NCBI GenBank assembly: GCA_002245135.1
Contig: NGBS01000603.1
Location: 62,001-126,000, forward strand
Reading direction: 5' to 3'
DNA from: Proteromonas lacertae
Taxonomy: Eukaryota
DNA: 64,000 nt
Within the stretch, counting starts at the first letter, position 1. The number at the start of each line of letters is the position of its first letter. Shown one piece after another: positions 1 through 12,800 of this stretch. The notes below the pieces were generated by a model, which saw only the letters and a program-made list of their open reading frames with translations, was not told where the DNA came from and did not search any database. The position numbers were made by a program, and so were the translations under genes.

Positions 1-2145
1 CATATTATATCATACACAATATTATTATTTTCATTCAGTAGTTTTAACGCTTCATTACTATTTAAAGCAGTATCAACTATTCCTATATTGAATTTATATT
101 TTAATATTCTTTTACATAATGATAAATGTATTTTATCATCATCAATAAGTAATATTTTTTGATCAAAATGACTAAAAGACTTTGAATTTGAATTAAATCT
201 CACCAATGCATCTTTCTTTACTTCAACAGGAATTTTTATAGTAAAAGTACTACCAATATTTGGTTTTGAACAAACTGTTAATTTTCCATTCAATAATTTG
301 CACATATTATAACAAAATGATAATCCTAAACCATTTCCACCTCCTGATTGTAACTGAATTGGATCTACTTGTAAATGTTTCTCAAATATGTTCGGTAGAA
401 CTTCTTCAGATATCCCAACTCCACTATCTGTCACTGATACTTCTAAATATTTATCTTCAAATATTGTTGAGACTATTATTGATCCTCCATAATTTGTGAA
501 TTTATACGCATTCTATTTTTAACATTATTATATTTATTATTATACAGAAACTAAATTCATGATTATTTCTTGTATTCTTAAACCATCTCCAATAAAAACA
601 ATTGGAATGTCTTCATTACATATACTTTTATATAATATTCTTTTAGACTATATACATTATATATATAAATATACAATTAGATTATGTTTAAATGTATTTG
701 CAACTTCCCATAGTAAAGGTCTTATTTCAAATGGTTTATTAATTATTTCTAATTTCCCACATTCCATTTTATCTATTGTTAATACTGAATTTACGAGATT
801 GTTTATGTATATTGTTTGTGTATGGATTATATTTGCATAATAATCATTATCAACTGAATTTTTATGTTGATTTTCTATTGATTCATCTTTTTTACTATTA
901 CTTTTTATCTCTGAAAGAAGTCTATCTACATTATTGATATTATTTATATCAAAATCAATATTAAAAGAAAAGATTCGTTTCTTTTACTTATTGATTTATC
1001 ACTTGGATAACTACTACATCTGATTCGACTACTCTTATCACTTAATATTTGTTGTTGTTCATTTTGTTGTTTATGAATATTCTGTTTTTGTTGAATATTC
1101 ACATCTTCCAATGAGGTGGTTGTATCTGTTGATTTATACGATGATATTGAATGTTTAACTAGAGATTGTGGGTCAATAATAATGACTGATTTAGTCTTAT
1201 CTTCACATACATTATCTGTTGTTTGTTTAGTAATAAATGATGCAGCAAGTGATACTGTTGACAGTGGATTTCGAATCTATTTATATTTTAAAAAATAATA
1301 AATACATCATGAAACAGTTGATTAACATAATCAGATTTTGCACTGTTTGCTCGACAAGCTTCATCTGATTTTAGTTTCAATTCCAAAGATAATTTGAACA
1401 TATTATGTGAAGATCTTTCTATTGAATAACTACTGTATGTTATTAATATTATTGAAAAGATCAATAGTATGAATTGATAAATATATTTTTCTTTCTCTTT
1501 ATCTTCCAAACACACGAAGAATAGTATGATGTATATTAATAAATACCATAACACTAATCCAACTGTGTGTTGAAATGGCAAATGAAACAATAATACTGAA
1601 CTCACAGTCAATAACATCATTATTATTATTACGTTTGTATAATCATATTTGGATGAAATATCATTTCCCATTATTATATATCCCATAAATTTGACTGATG
1701 TCTATTACAGTATATCATATACAAATGAGATTATACAAATATAGAAATTGTTCCAACTACTACAAGTAGTATACAGCTACTAACCACAGAATAACTCTTT
1801 TCAATGGATGTGTATTGTATTAGTACAGCATATACAACACAAGAGACTATAATCATTAAACTACATACCAACCTCCACAGAACATATGACCTATGTTCTT
1901 CTGCAAAGTAAATTATATCAGGTATATATAAAACACAGTGGAGTATACAACACAAAAACACAGATATTAAACGAATCTTCCTAGAACATTAAAACACAAT
2001 AATACATTGATTCCTTATTAACATAGTTTCTGTATCTAGTTTCTACCTTCTGATTAATAAAACTATTCCAAAAATGATGTAATTTAAGATCAAACTCACT
2101 ATATTTGTCGTCATCATCCACATTTAATATAATAGAACAATTCAT
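1..2145 (-). CDS. Membrane-bound hybrid sensor histidine kinase (multi-TM, HisKA, HATPase, receiver); 3' end runs off the window
   Basis: Spliced translation gives several TM helices, H-box QLFHD|IRNPL, N-box IMNLVS|NAYKF, G1 DSGVG, G2 GNGLGL, then receiver start KILLIDDD...DTALNSNEALKLL. GT-AG introns of 25-35 nt; one frame break near 945-985. Confidence 0.9.
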
Positions 2146-2416
2146 GAGATGATATTGTATGATAACAAGAAATGAATTGATTTACAACGATATATAATTA
2201 ATATGAAAAAATGTCGATTCGAAAAATTATTATCATAGATAGTAACAGCAGTCTTATTCTGCTAATTGCTATATGCGATTGTTTTATTACGACAATTTTA
2301 AGTGTATTAATCTTAAATTTAATAGAGGCTTGTGATAATGAAAGCATAATCAACATATAAGTAAATATAAGTACTTATTTACATATTAAGCTTAGTATAT
2401 CGTTATTAAACTATTT

Positions 2417-3443
2417 CTAAGGCAAAAGAAATTGAGATATTTCTTCATCATCCTATAAAAATATATTCTACTGCATTGTATACATCTTTATCAATCTCTC
2501 TGAAAAGATAAGGATCACTACATTGTTTTAAATCATGAAATGGAGAAATCCACTGATTATAAAATATAAATTAAATATAAATATCTATACATCTATAAAT
2601 GAAGGTCCCATAAACATCTTCCAATTACCATACCACCCTCTATTAACACTATATCCAGGTGGACTCTTGAGATCAAGTGTTGTTCTATTAGAAACTACTA
2701 AATATAAGTGAAATAATGTAAACCAAGGAATGACAATCAATACAGAGAATGAACCAATAAATCTATTTCATTTTTATTTATATATTATATTTATACGCTG
2801 GTTCTCCTAAGACAGCTGAAAATGATTTCTTTGAAATGAAACAAGTTAGAGCCATATAAAAACAACCAAAGCACAGAATAACATAAAAATTGAATGAAGA
2901 ATTTCTTGTTGTAAAAGCCAATACAAGTTGCTGTCCAAGGGCAATGATGATCCATTGCTAATATACAACGCTAAATAATAGTTATATGATTAATACGTCA
3001 CATATATGACAGTGATGAGCTCTTGGAGGTCTAAATGTTGAACATTTTGTACATTGGGTAATTCCACGAGAAACTATTTTCATTGTATGTTCTATACTGA
3101 GCATCGTAACTAAATTTTCTACTCACTTTGCCTGGATCTATATCGATTTATTTAGTTGAATATAATAATACCTGTTACAACGGTTTTTACAAATGATATA
3201 ATTCCTAAAGCAAATATTGTCATAAACGAAATTAAGTAAATAAAGCATAAAAATTGTAATCCTGCTATACAACATATAAAAAGTATATAACGATACATTT
3301 ATATAATCCAACTATAAATAATGAATAGAGTGCAAAAAATAATCCATAAATGCCAAATATTACAGATGTACAAGCTAATGAACAATAACGGATTGATGGA
3401 CTATTGTTTTAAAAATATTGTGTATATACTTTGGATTTAACAT
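2417..3443 (-). CDS. DHHC palmitoyltransferase
   Basis: TDPG motif, [31 protein letters not shown], NRTT motif; about 7 short GT-AG introns; apparent +1 break near 3115. Confidence 0.92.
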
Positions 3444-3578
3444 ATTTATAATGTAGTATATTCTACACTGTTCAAATAAAAGACAAAAATATAATATTCG
3501 AAACGAATAGTTTTTATTGTCCAAAAAATCTTTTCTCAATAAACAAACACAGTATAATAGAAATGAATAAATTCATTT

Positions 3579-3605
3579 AATAATAATAATAATAATAATA
3601 ATAAT
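3579..3605. repeat. (AAT)9 microsatellite
   Basis: Direct reading. Confidence 0.9.
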
Positions 3606-3760
3606 ATATTGCTTCATCAACAAAGTAAGATGATTATTATGAGGTAAATTCTTCACCTCCTTTTTCTTCTGTTGATTATTCATCTGAAGTATGCATTAGG
3701 TTTGTAGTATTGAAGAATAATATATAGATTATCCTCAAAATATTTACTAATCAAGAGAAA

Positions 3761-6707
3761 TTAACTTGATTTTGGAGGAAAGCAATACTTAGGGTTAGGT
3801 AAAAACTCATCATTCACCCATGTATAAGTAATAATATGTCTTTTCAACCAATCTTTCTCATTTCTTTGTTGATAAGTATCTTTAAAACTCGATAAATGAT
3901 CTCTATACATATCATTACTAACAATAACACCATCATGTTGATGTGCATAACCAATACAGTAATTATCATCGTAATCTTGTGAAGGAGTTGCTATTAAATT
4001 ACCATTAGCTATCAATTCCTTTAATAAACCAATATCATCAGGGATTTGAGATGCTTTGTTTGACAAACCAACTTCCATTATTCTTTTCTTTTCACCCACA
4101 CGTGTATAGTCTAAATAATAATCTGGAATAAATCCAATTACTTTATGTCCTTTATTTTCCCAATACTCTATACATAATTTAATACCTTTACAGGAGAATA
4201 GTTTATTTCCACCATGTCTCATTGCAATATTTGGAGCATCCATTACTATTAAATAGCCATCTTCATTCTCATCCTTCATTAATAATGATGATGTTTGTTG
4301 CTGTTGTTGCTGTGGAGGTGGTAATCTATATGATGAAGTATTATTACCATATTCTACTCTTCTTCTTCCTCTGCCTCTACCTCTTGTTGTTGTTGTTGTT
4401 CTTTCTGGTGATAATGATGGTGGTGGTGGTGGAGATGTTTCTGGTTTAGTGATATGTAATAATCCACCTCTTACTTTCTTTTCTTTATTGTTATTCTCAG
4501 TTTCTTCATTATCATTTGATTCTGATAACAATGATTCATTATTTGTTTCATTTTCATTTTCATTTTCTTCATTATCTTCTTCATCATTAAATAAAATATC
4601 TTCTCTGTCTTCTATATCTCTTTCATCTTCTTCCTTATCTTCTTTTCTTATTTCTTCCTTTGTTGTATTTTCTTCATCTTTTCTATCCAAAAATTCTTCT
4701 TCATTAGCATAATAAGTATCAGTTTCATTATCATAATATATTGATTTATTTTCATATAATAAAGCACCATAATCCCTTATTCTCATTATTCTTATTTGAT
4801 TGGGTGTAAATATCTCATCATTTCCATCACCATCTTTATCATTATTTACACTACCCATTCTATCATCATCATTATCATCATCTTCATCATCTTCTTCTTC
4901 TTCATTAATATCAACTTCTTTTTCTTTTTCTTCTTCTTTTTCAACATTTTCTTCTGCTTCTGGTTTTGCTTCAGTTTCTACTTTTTCTTCATCACTTTTT
5001 TCTTTTTGAGGGGATTTATTTTTGGTTGTTTTTGTTTTCGTTTCATCTTTTATCATACCGATTGGCCACTATATAAATAATAATAATAATATATATTAAT
5101 AAATATACTAAATATCTTCTAAACGGAACATACATCCCATACAATACATCTTCACTCAAATCGCCTTTACTTTTATCACCATTTTCCATCACTTCATTAT
5201 CCTTAATACAATTCATAAATGGAGTGATCACTTCTACTAATCCAGTCATTACTTTATCTTCTATTAATTCTAAATGATCTGGATTATTGTTACACCAAAC
5301 GCAGAAAAAGCTGATTACTTTTAAATATACCATTAATTTCATATAAAAATCACTTTCTGCATTATCTTCGACTAAATAATTATCATATGTATTAATTATT
5401 TCTGTCATATACTTGTAAATGAAATTGATTATTTTCCTGCTTTCTATTTCATTGCTTTGTTTGATAATATCATAGGATAAAAGTAATAATACTAAAGATT
5501 CAGTTAAATATCCATAAACTATTGATTATAATATATATATATATATAAATACTATCAATAATTCCTTCGTTAAAACAACTCAACAACTCTTTCACTAACG
5601 TTACTGTCTTTCCTTCTGTTTCAACGTATTTATCATTATCAACATTCGAATAGCAGATATAAATTAATCTTAAGAAATATAAAGATAAAACAGAATGAGG
5701 AAGCATTTCATTTCTAAAATATTAGAAAAATTAAAAATATATATACATTTTTGGTAATGACGTTGAATTTGTGATTAATCTTTTCCTCTGTAATAATGTC
5801 ATTAGTTCATTATTTGCAGTACCCAAACTTGTTAATAATTTATCATTATTCTTTATACTGAATGCACAGCATTTACCACATATTAACTCAAAACAACTGG
5901 AATAGTTGAATTTCATTAGATTGTATTTATCAGAGATCTTTTCATTCACTTCTCCATTGATTGGTAATATTTTATGTGCCTTTATATAACTTTTGATATT
6001 TGGACTGGATATTTCTCCACTATTAGCTATTTCTCCTAAAATGAACAATACAATCTTGAACTATCTTTAATGGAGGGAATAATGGATCTTCTGCAACTAT
6101 ATTGTACAATATAGAAGGGGTGATAAGACTTGATTTTGTACTTTTTTATAATTGATTTCACTAATTCTGAAAAATATGTCTTTGCATTACTATATAAAAA
6201 ATAAATAAATATTATATTATTATACTCTATCAATTGCTGAAGTTCTTTTTTCTTAGTATCAGTGTTATAGTGATGATTTTTAAGTTCTTCAATTTTGTTC
6301 TTCACATCAGTTATCTAGTTGAAGTATATATACACAAAATATACATCTTTGTTATAAAGAATCCAAATCTTTTTAGGACTATTATTCTTTAATGCTTCTG
6401 TGATGTTGTTGAAGATCAAATACCTGTAGATTTTGCTTAGATTCTCTTTGATATAACTCAATGTCATTTCTTTTACCTCGCATGTCTTTGTAACTGTTCA
6501 ATTTGACGAATTCTTCTTGCCAGTTTTTCATATACAATATTAATTTCATCATTGTGGCTTTTGATGGATCAAAGTCTTTTATTATTGGTATTTTCTTAGT
6601 AATTGAGGTTGAATCTAGATTTTCGCTCTTAGCCCATGCAGGGATATTATTCTCATTAGATCCTATGAATACTATTCATTATAGTATTTTATACTGCTTT
6701 TATACAT
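3761..6707 (-). CDS. EST1/SMG5-7-like N-terminal domain fused via an acidic linker to a Zc3h12a/Regnase-type NYN (PIN-like) RNase; Smg6L-like NMD endonuclease candidate
   Basis: C-terminus VMDAPNIAMRHG...FSCKGI...YDDNYCI...IVSNDMYRD is Zc3h12a-type NYN with acidic catalytic residues. N-terminal exons give KIWILY, DCIVHLGEIA, YIKAHKILPING and LSEDVLYGMYVPF (EST1-like motifs). The last intron joins RRYL|WPIGMIKDE in frame. Three +1 breaks near 6488, 6130 and 6040. Confidence 0.75.
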
Positions 6708-6881
6708 AGATTGTATTTCTATGTTAATTTAAAATGAAATTAATTCCCAAATGTTAACAAAAATAGAGTCGTTCTAAAATGGGTGAATGATATTTAATCG
6801 AAAAAGAAAAACCGTTTTAATCGTTTCAATCATTAATTTTTGAATTTTTTATTGTATTAAAGTAAATATAGAAGTATAAAA

Positions 6882-9800
6882 ATGTCAGAAGAAGATGTAG
6901 ATCCACGTATTACGTGGATGAAGAACTTAGTTGTACCAGCAACAGGAATACTAGATTTTGAGTGGACTAGAGTGATGAAGAAGGAAGTAAATCATCAAAT
7001 ACTTTATGATTTTATCAATACTGATCCTCGTATATATTATTATTATTATATTACTTGACTAGATGGTACAACAATTTATTTCTATGCAGTATTACCAAGT
7101 ACAGCAGCAATAGGTCAAGATGGATATTACATATTTGATCCTTTAGATTTAAGATTTTATGTGTCAAAGAATGAAATTCCTGCAGGAACACACGAATATA
7201 GATCGTACTATATGACAAAAGAAATGGATGGAGATATGGTAAATGAAGCAACAATGGCAGCTAATATTGATATGGGAGTAATGACAGGTGATCATTTAAG
7301 AAATGTAGCTGAAATCATCAATCAAATATATATTCCATTAATCGAAGATGGTCATCAAAAGAACAAGAATTCTGATAATACCACTTTAATCCAGGAGTTT
7401 AGAACAGTAATTCATACCTTAGCAAGTAGTTTAATAAATGCTAGTATGCATGTGAATGGTCAAGTATACTTAAAAATGCCAGATGTAACAAATGAAGAGT
7501 TGGAAAGTGGAGATGATTTTGATATGTTGGCAAAGTTAGAAGCCGCATTAGATGATTGGACACAACAAATAGCTTTAATAGTAGAACAAGAAAAAGGCAA
7601 AGTCCCCAAAGAACCAGGTCCAAATGGTGAAATCGAGTTTTGGCGTCAAAGAAATGCAATTATTTCTACTGTTTATGAACAAGCTAATTTACCCAAAGTT
7701 CAACAAATATTATCAGTCTTACAAAGATCAGGATCTGGTGGTTTATCTACATTCAATTTCCATCGTGATGAATTAAAGAAATTATATACAGAAGCAGTAG
7801 ATAATGTGAAATTCTTAGTCAACTTTAGAAAGATACTTTAAGAATATAATGACTGGTGATTTGAAGCTGATAAAAGAGACATTAGAACCATTAATGAATG
7901 GTTTGAGAATGATTTGGATTATATCTCGTCATTATAATACAGATGAAAGGATGGTTCCTTTAATGGAAAGAATAGCTGAAGAAATTGCAGATAAAGTTGC
8001 TTTAACAATTGATATAAAGAATATATTCAGAAAGCCATCCAGTGAAACAATAGAATTAGTTCAATTAGCAATTGATGTATTAGAAGGATGGAGTAGTACT
8101 TATCAATCAATAAGAAAGAAAATTGAAGATTCTGGAACAGATCACAGATGGGAATTTGAAAAGAGAAGATTATTTGAAAGAACCAATTATATGGCAGAGA
8201 TTTGTAAGAATATTCAAGAAGTTTCTAAAGTATTAGATGAATTTAAGAAGTTCCTTGGTCCTGATTTGAGAGAAGTAACTGGTGATACAGCAGGAATAGA
8301 TAATCTCTGTCAAAGAGTGGAAAGTTTGATTCAACCAATGGAAACATCTCCATTTGATATATTTGATAAGAAGTTTAAAGCAAGTTGGGAGAATGTAATG
8401 ACAACATTTAGAGATCAAGTTAGAACCTTTAGAAGAAATGACAGTAACATTTATTAATAGTTCATTTAGAAAATTACGAAGTGCTTTAGGTGCATTTGAA
8501 TTATTAAAAGGATTTCAGAATATAAAGAGTCGTCAAGCAATCAATGAAACAATGAATAAGAAATTTGATGATATTTTAGTTCAATTCTTGAAAGAAATTG
8601 ATGATGCTCAAAATCTATTTCATAGTAGACAAAGTAATCCACCATTGAATAAGAATTATCCACCTGTAGCTGGTGCAATTATCTGGGCAACTAGCTTATA
8701 TAGTTCATTACATGAAGCTGTTATTAGTTTTAAATCAAAACCTGGTTTAATGGAAAGTCCAAGAGGTTTACAAGTAAGAGAGAAGTATTTAGCATTATCA
8801 AAAGAAATTGACGCTTATGCATTGAATAAATATCAAGAATGGGTAAATCAAGTGAAAGTTGTAGCATCTGAACATTTAAAACAACCATTATTAACAACAG
8901 TAAATGCATTAAAAGGAAAATTACCAACTAAAAAGACAGTTCATATAAGTGGTGAATTTGTAATGCCACCTCCTCCATATGCTGTTAATTTCAGTAATGA
9001 ATTACGAACATTAGTAAAAGAATGCAAATATTTAGATGAAATCCAATTAGAAATACCTGAAACAGCATTAAATGTTTCACTACAAGCACAAAAATTCCAT
9101 TCTTATTGTGAAGCAATCGAACAAATGTTGAGTGATTATCATAATGTAATTAACAACTTAAATCCAGTGGAAAAGAACTTGCTTCATGGTAAATTAGATG
9201 AATTAAATAGTGTATTAAAACGTGGATTTGATCCATTGAATTGGAATTCTTTACATATTCATACATTTATTGATTTATGTAATAGTGCAATAATGAAATT
9301 CCAAAGCACTATTGGTAATATTCATAAATTCAGTAATTTGATAGAAGATGTAATTACAGCCATAACAAAGACCTCATTAGTTCAAGAAAAAGACTTTATT
9401 CCTACAAAAGTTTATGATTTAACCGAATTCTGTGATATATTAGAAAAGAATCGTCAGAAAAGAGTTCAAGTATTAAAATCTCAATATGAAAATATTGGTG
9501 ATCAATTAATAAAGATAGAAGAAGAAATCGAAAATACAAATACAGGAAAATCCCCATTAATGTATGATTATTATATCTATTGGGAAAAGAAGATATTTAA
9601 TGCCATAACAACAATGATATTAAAATCCTTTTCAACCCTTGGATCTTTATTACAAGTATTACCAAATTGTACAATAAAAAGAGGTCCATTATTTGAAATT
9701 GTTGCTTCAATCAATCCACCAGATATTGTTATAACTCCAACAATTCAAGATGTTGATAAGATGTTAAGAAAAGTAGTAGATCAGATAGTAGGAAGTGCAA

Positions 9801-12800
9801 GATCCTTTGTAAGATGGAAAGATCGAAGTTGTTTGAAATGTGAAGAATTGAAAGGTCCTGATGATGAACCGATAATATTTTCATTCTATGATGATATATC
9901 TGGTCATTCTCATGTAGTTAATATGATTTATTCAATTTGGCAAGGTTCATTCAAAGTATTATTCAATATGGTAAAGAAATATATTGATTCTTGGAGAAAA
10001 TATGATAAACCATATAAATTATGGGATACTAAAAAGAACCAAAAGGATCAATTCAGAGATCAAAAACCTGGTTTGATCTACTTTGATTCTAGATTAAGTG
10101 CTTATCAGAAATTAGCTCAAACTGTTAGTAAACTACCTGGTTTTAGAGATGTAGTATTTGTTCGAGTAGATTGTCAACAAGTAGCAATGGCAATACAGAA
10201 ACAAGCTGATGCTTTGAGATTAGAATATGGTGGAATAATGAGAGATTTGATATTTGATGTATTACAAAAGAATGAATGTATTTGTCATGATTTAAAGAGT
10301 GATTTGGATACTGTTTGTAATGATTTAGAAGATTTGAAATTCGTATTAAATAAAGTGAATGAAGTGACAAAAGAGAATTTAGGAATGTCTTTAGTTAGAG
10401 ATGAGATTGAAGAATGGTATAGAACATTAGAATTATACAATATTCCAGTAGATGATGCTGAAAAAGAAAGAGAATTAGCATTTAGAAAACTATGGAAAGA
10501 TACATTAGATTATGGTAATACAATGAATCATCGATTATCTCCAATTATTGAGAAATTCCGAAAAGTGACAGTAGAAGATGTGAATAAATTCTTAGCTGAG
10601 ATTGATGTATATCATCAAGAATACTTTGAACATGGTCCAACTAATGAAGAAATTACCTTAGATGAAGGTGTAGAATTATTAGATAAATTCAAATTACAAA
10701 CTCAAAAATTAAATGAAAAGAGAGAAGAATTAGTTAATACTGAGATGTTATTCAAACTACCCATCACTCCATATCCCAAATTAATCGAAGTACAACAAGA
10801 TATGAATAAGATAAATGAAATCTATGCGATGTATAAACGAATAAGAGACTTTATTGATGAGAATTCTAGTATGTTATGGAGTCAATTAGATATTGATCAA
10901 ATCCAACGAGGTGCTGATCAATTAGAGAAAGAATATAGAAAATTCTCAAAAGAATTGAAAGCTTATCCATTATATACAAAAGTAAAAGAAGTAATTGATA
11001 ATTTCAAAGAGAGTTTACCATTAATTCAGAATTTGAAAGATGATTGTATGAAACAAAGACATTGGCAAAAATTGATGGAAGTAACAGGAGTTCAATTCAC
11101 AATAACAAAGACATTTACATTACAAAACATCTTTGCAATGAATTTAGCAAGATTCAAAGATCAAATTGATGAAATTGTAGCTGGTGCTCAAGGTGAAGCA
11201 AAGATTGAAAATATGATAAAAAAGATTGAAGAAAAATGGAAGAATTTACAGTTTGGTTTAAGTAAATATATGAAAGGTAATGAAGATCGAGGTTTTGTAT
11301 TGAAAAGTGCAGATGATATAAAGATGATATTAGAAGAAGATATGTTGAATTTACAATCAATGAGTGGTTCAAGATTTGCTACAATCTTCATAGATGATGT
11401 AAAGACTTGGGAAAAGAAATTGAATACAGTTTCTGAATGTATAGAAATATGGTTTAAAGTACAAGCTAAATGGATGTATTTAGAAAGTATCTTTATTGGA
11501 AGTGAAGATATTCGTTTACAATTACCTGAAGAAAGTAAAAGATTTGATGCAATAGATAAGAATTGGAAGAATATAATGATAGGAACAAATAAAAATCCAA
11601 ATTGTGTAGATGCTTGTCATTGTGATAATCGAGTTGAAACATTAAATGCATTGAGTAAGAAATTAGATGATTGTCAAAAAGGATTGAGTGATTATTTAGC
11701 AACTAAACGTAATGCTTTCCCTCGTTTCTTCTTCTTATCTGATGATGAGTTATTGAGTGTATTAGGTTCATCTGATCCACAATCTATTCAAGTTCATTTG
11801 TTGAAATTATTTGCAAATTGTAAAACAATTCATTTTGGTCGAGGATGTGAAACTGTAACAGGTATGACAAGTAGTGAAGGAGAATCGTATAATTTTGAAG
11901 ATCCATCAACTGTAGAAGGTCCAGTAGAAAACTGGATGACAAATGTTCAAGAAGAAATGAAGCATTCTTTAAGAATCATCTGTAAAACAGGTGTATTCTA
12001 TTATGCAAAACATGAACGTATTCCATGGATAGAAGAAAGATTAGGTATGGTGACAGTATTAGGAAGTCAAATCTGGTGGACATGGGAAGTAGAAGATGTA
12101 TTCCGAAGAGTGAGACAAGGTGATAAAAGAGCTATGAAAACATTAGAAAGAAAATTAACAGGTCAATTAAATGCAATGGTTGCGAAAGTTCGAGAAAATT
12201 TGGTAGAAAATACAAGAAAGAAGTTTAATACATTATTAATTATAGATGTTCATGCTCGAGATATAGTTGATTCATTTGTAAGAGATAGTATATTAGATGA
12301 AAGAGAATTTGCTTGGGAAAGTCAATTGAGATTCTATTGGGATCATGATAGTGATGATGTAAGAATTAGACAATGCACTGGTACATTTAAATATGGTTAT
12401 GAATATATGGGATTGAATGATCGTTTAGTTATTACACCATTAACTGATAGATGTTATATGACAATTACTCAAGCATTGACATTCAATTTAGGATGTTCAC
12501 CTGCTGGTCCAGCTGGAACAGGTAAGACTGAAACTGTGAAAGATTTGAGTAAAGGTTTGGCTTTACCTTGTTTTGTAACAAACTGTGGTGAAGGTTTGGA
12601 TTATAAAGCGATGGGTAGTATCTTTAGTGGTTTATGTCAAGTTGGAGCTTGGGGTTGTTTTGATGAATTTAATCGTATTAATATCGAAGTGTTATCTGTT
12701 GTATCAGCTCCAAATTCGAGCCTATTCAAAATGCATTGAATGAAGGTGCTGATGTAGTTGATATTGGTTTAGGTAAAGAAGTGAAATTAGATAGTCGTGT

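Noticed and set aside
4222..5080. Plus-strand ORFs rich in Ser, Phe and Ile
   Set aside because: Antisense shadows of the low-complexity acidic linker; the same applies to most short ORFs opposite dynein and other genes.
7830..7845. Euplotes-type stop-triggered +1 frameshift or stop-codon reassignment
   Set aside because: Conserved residues switch frame several codons before the stop, and long exons have no in-frame stops, so the standard code fits.
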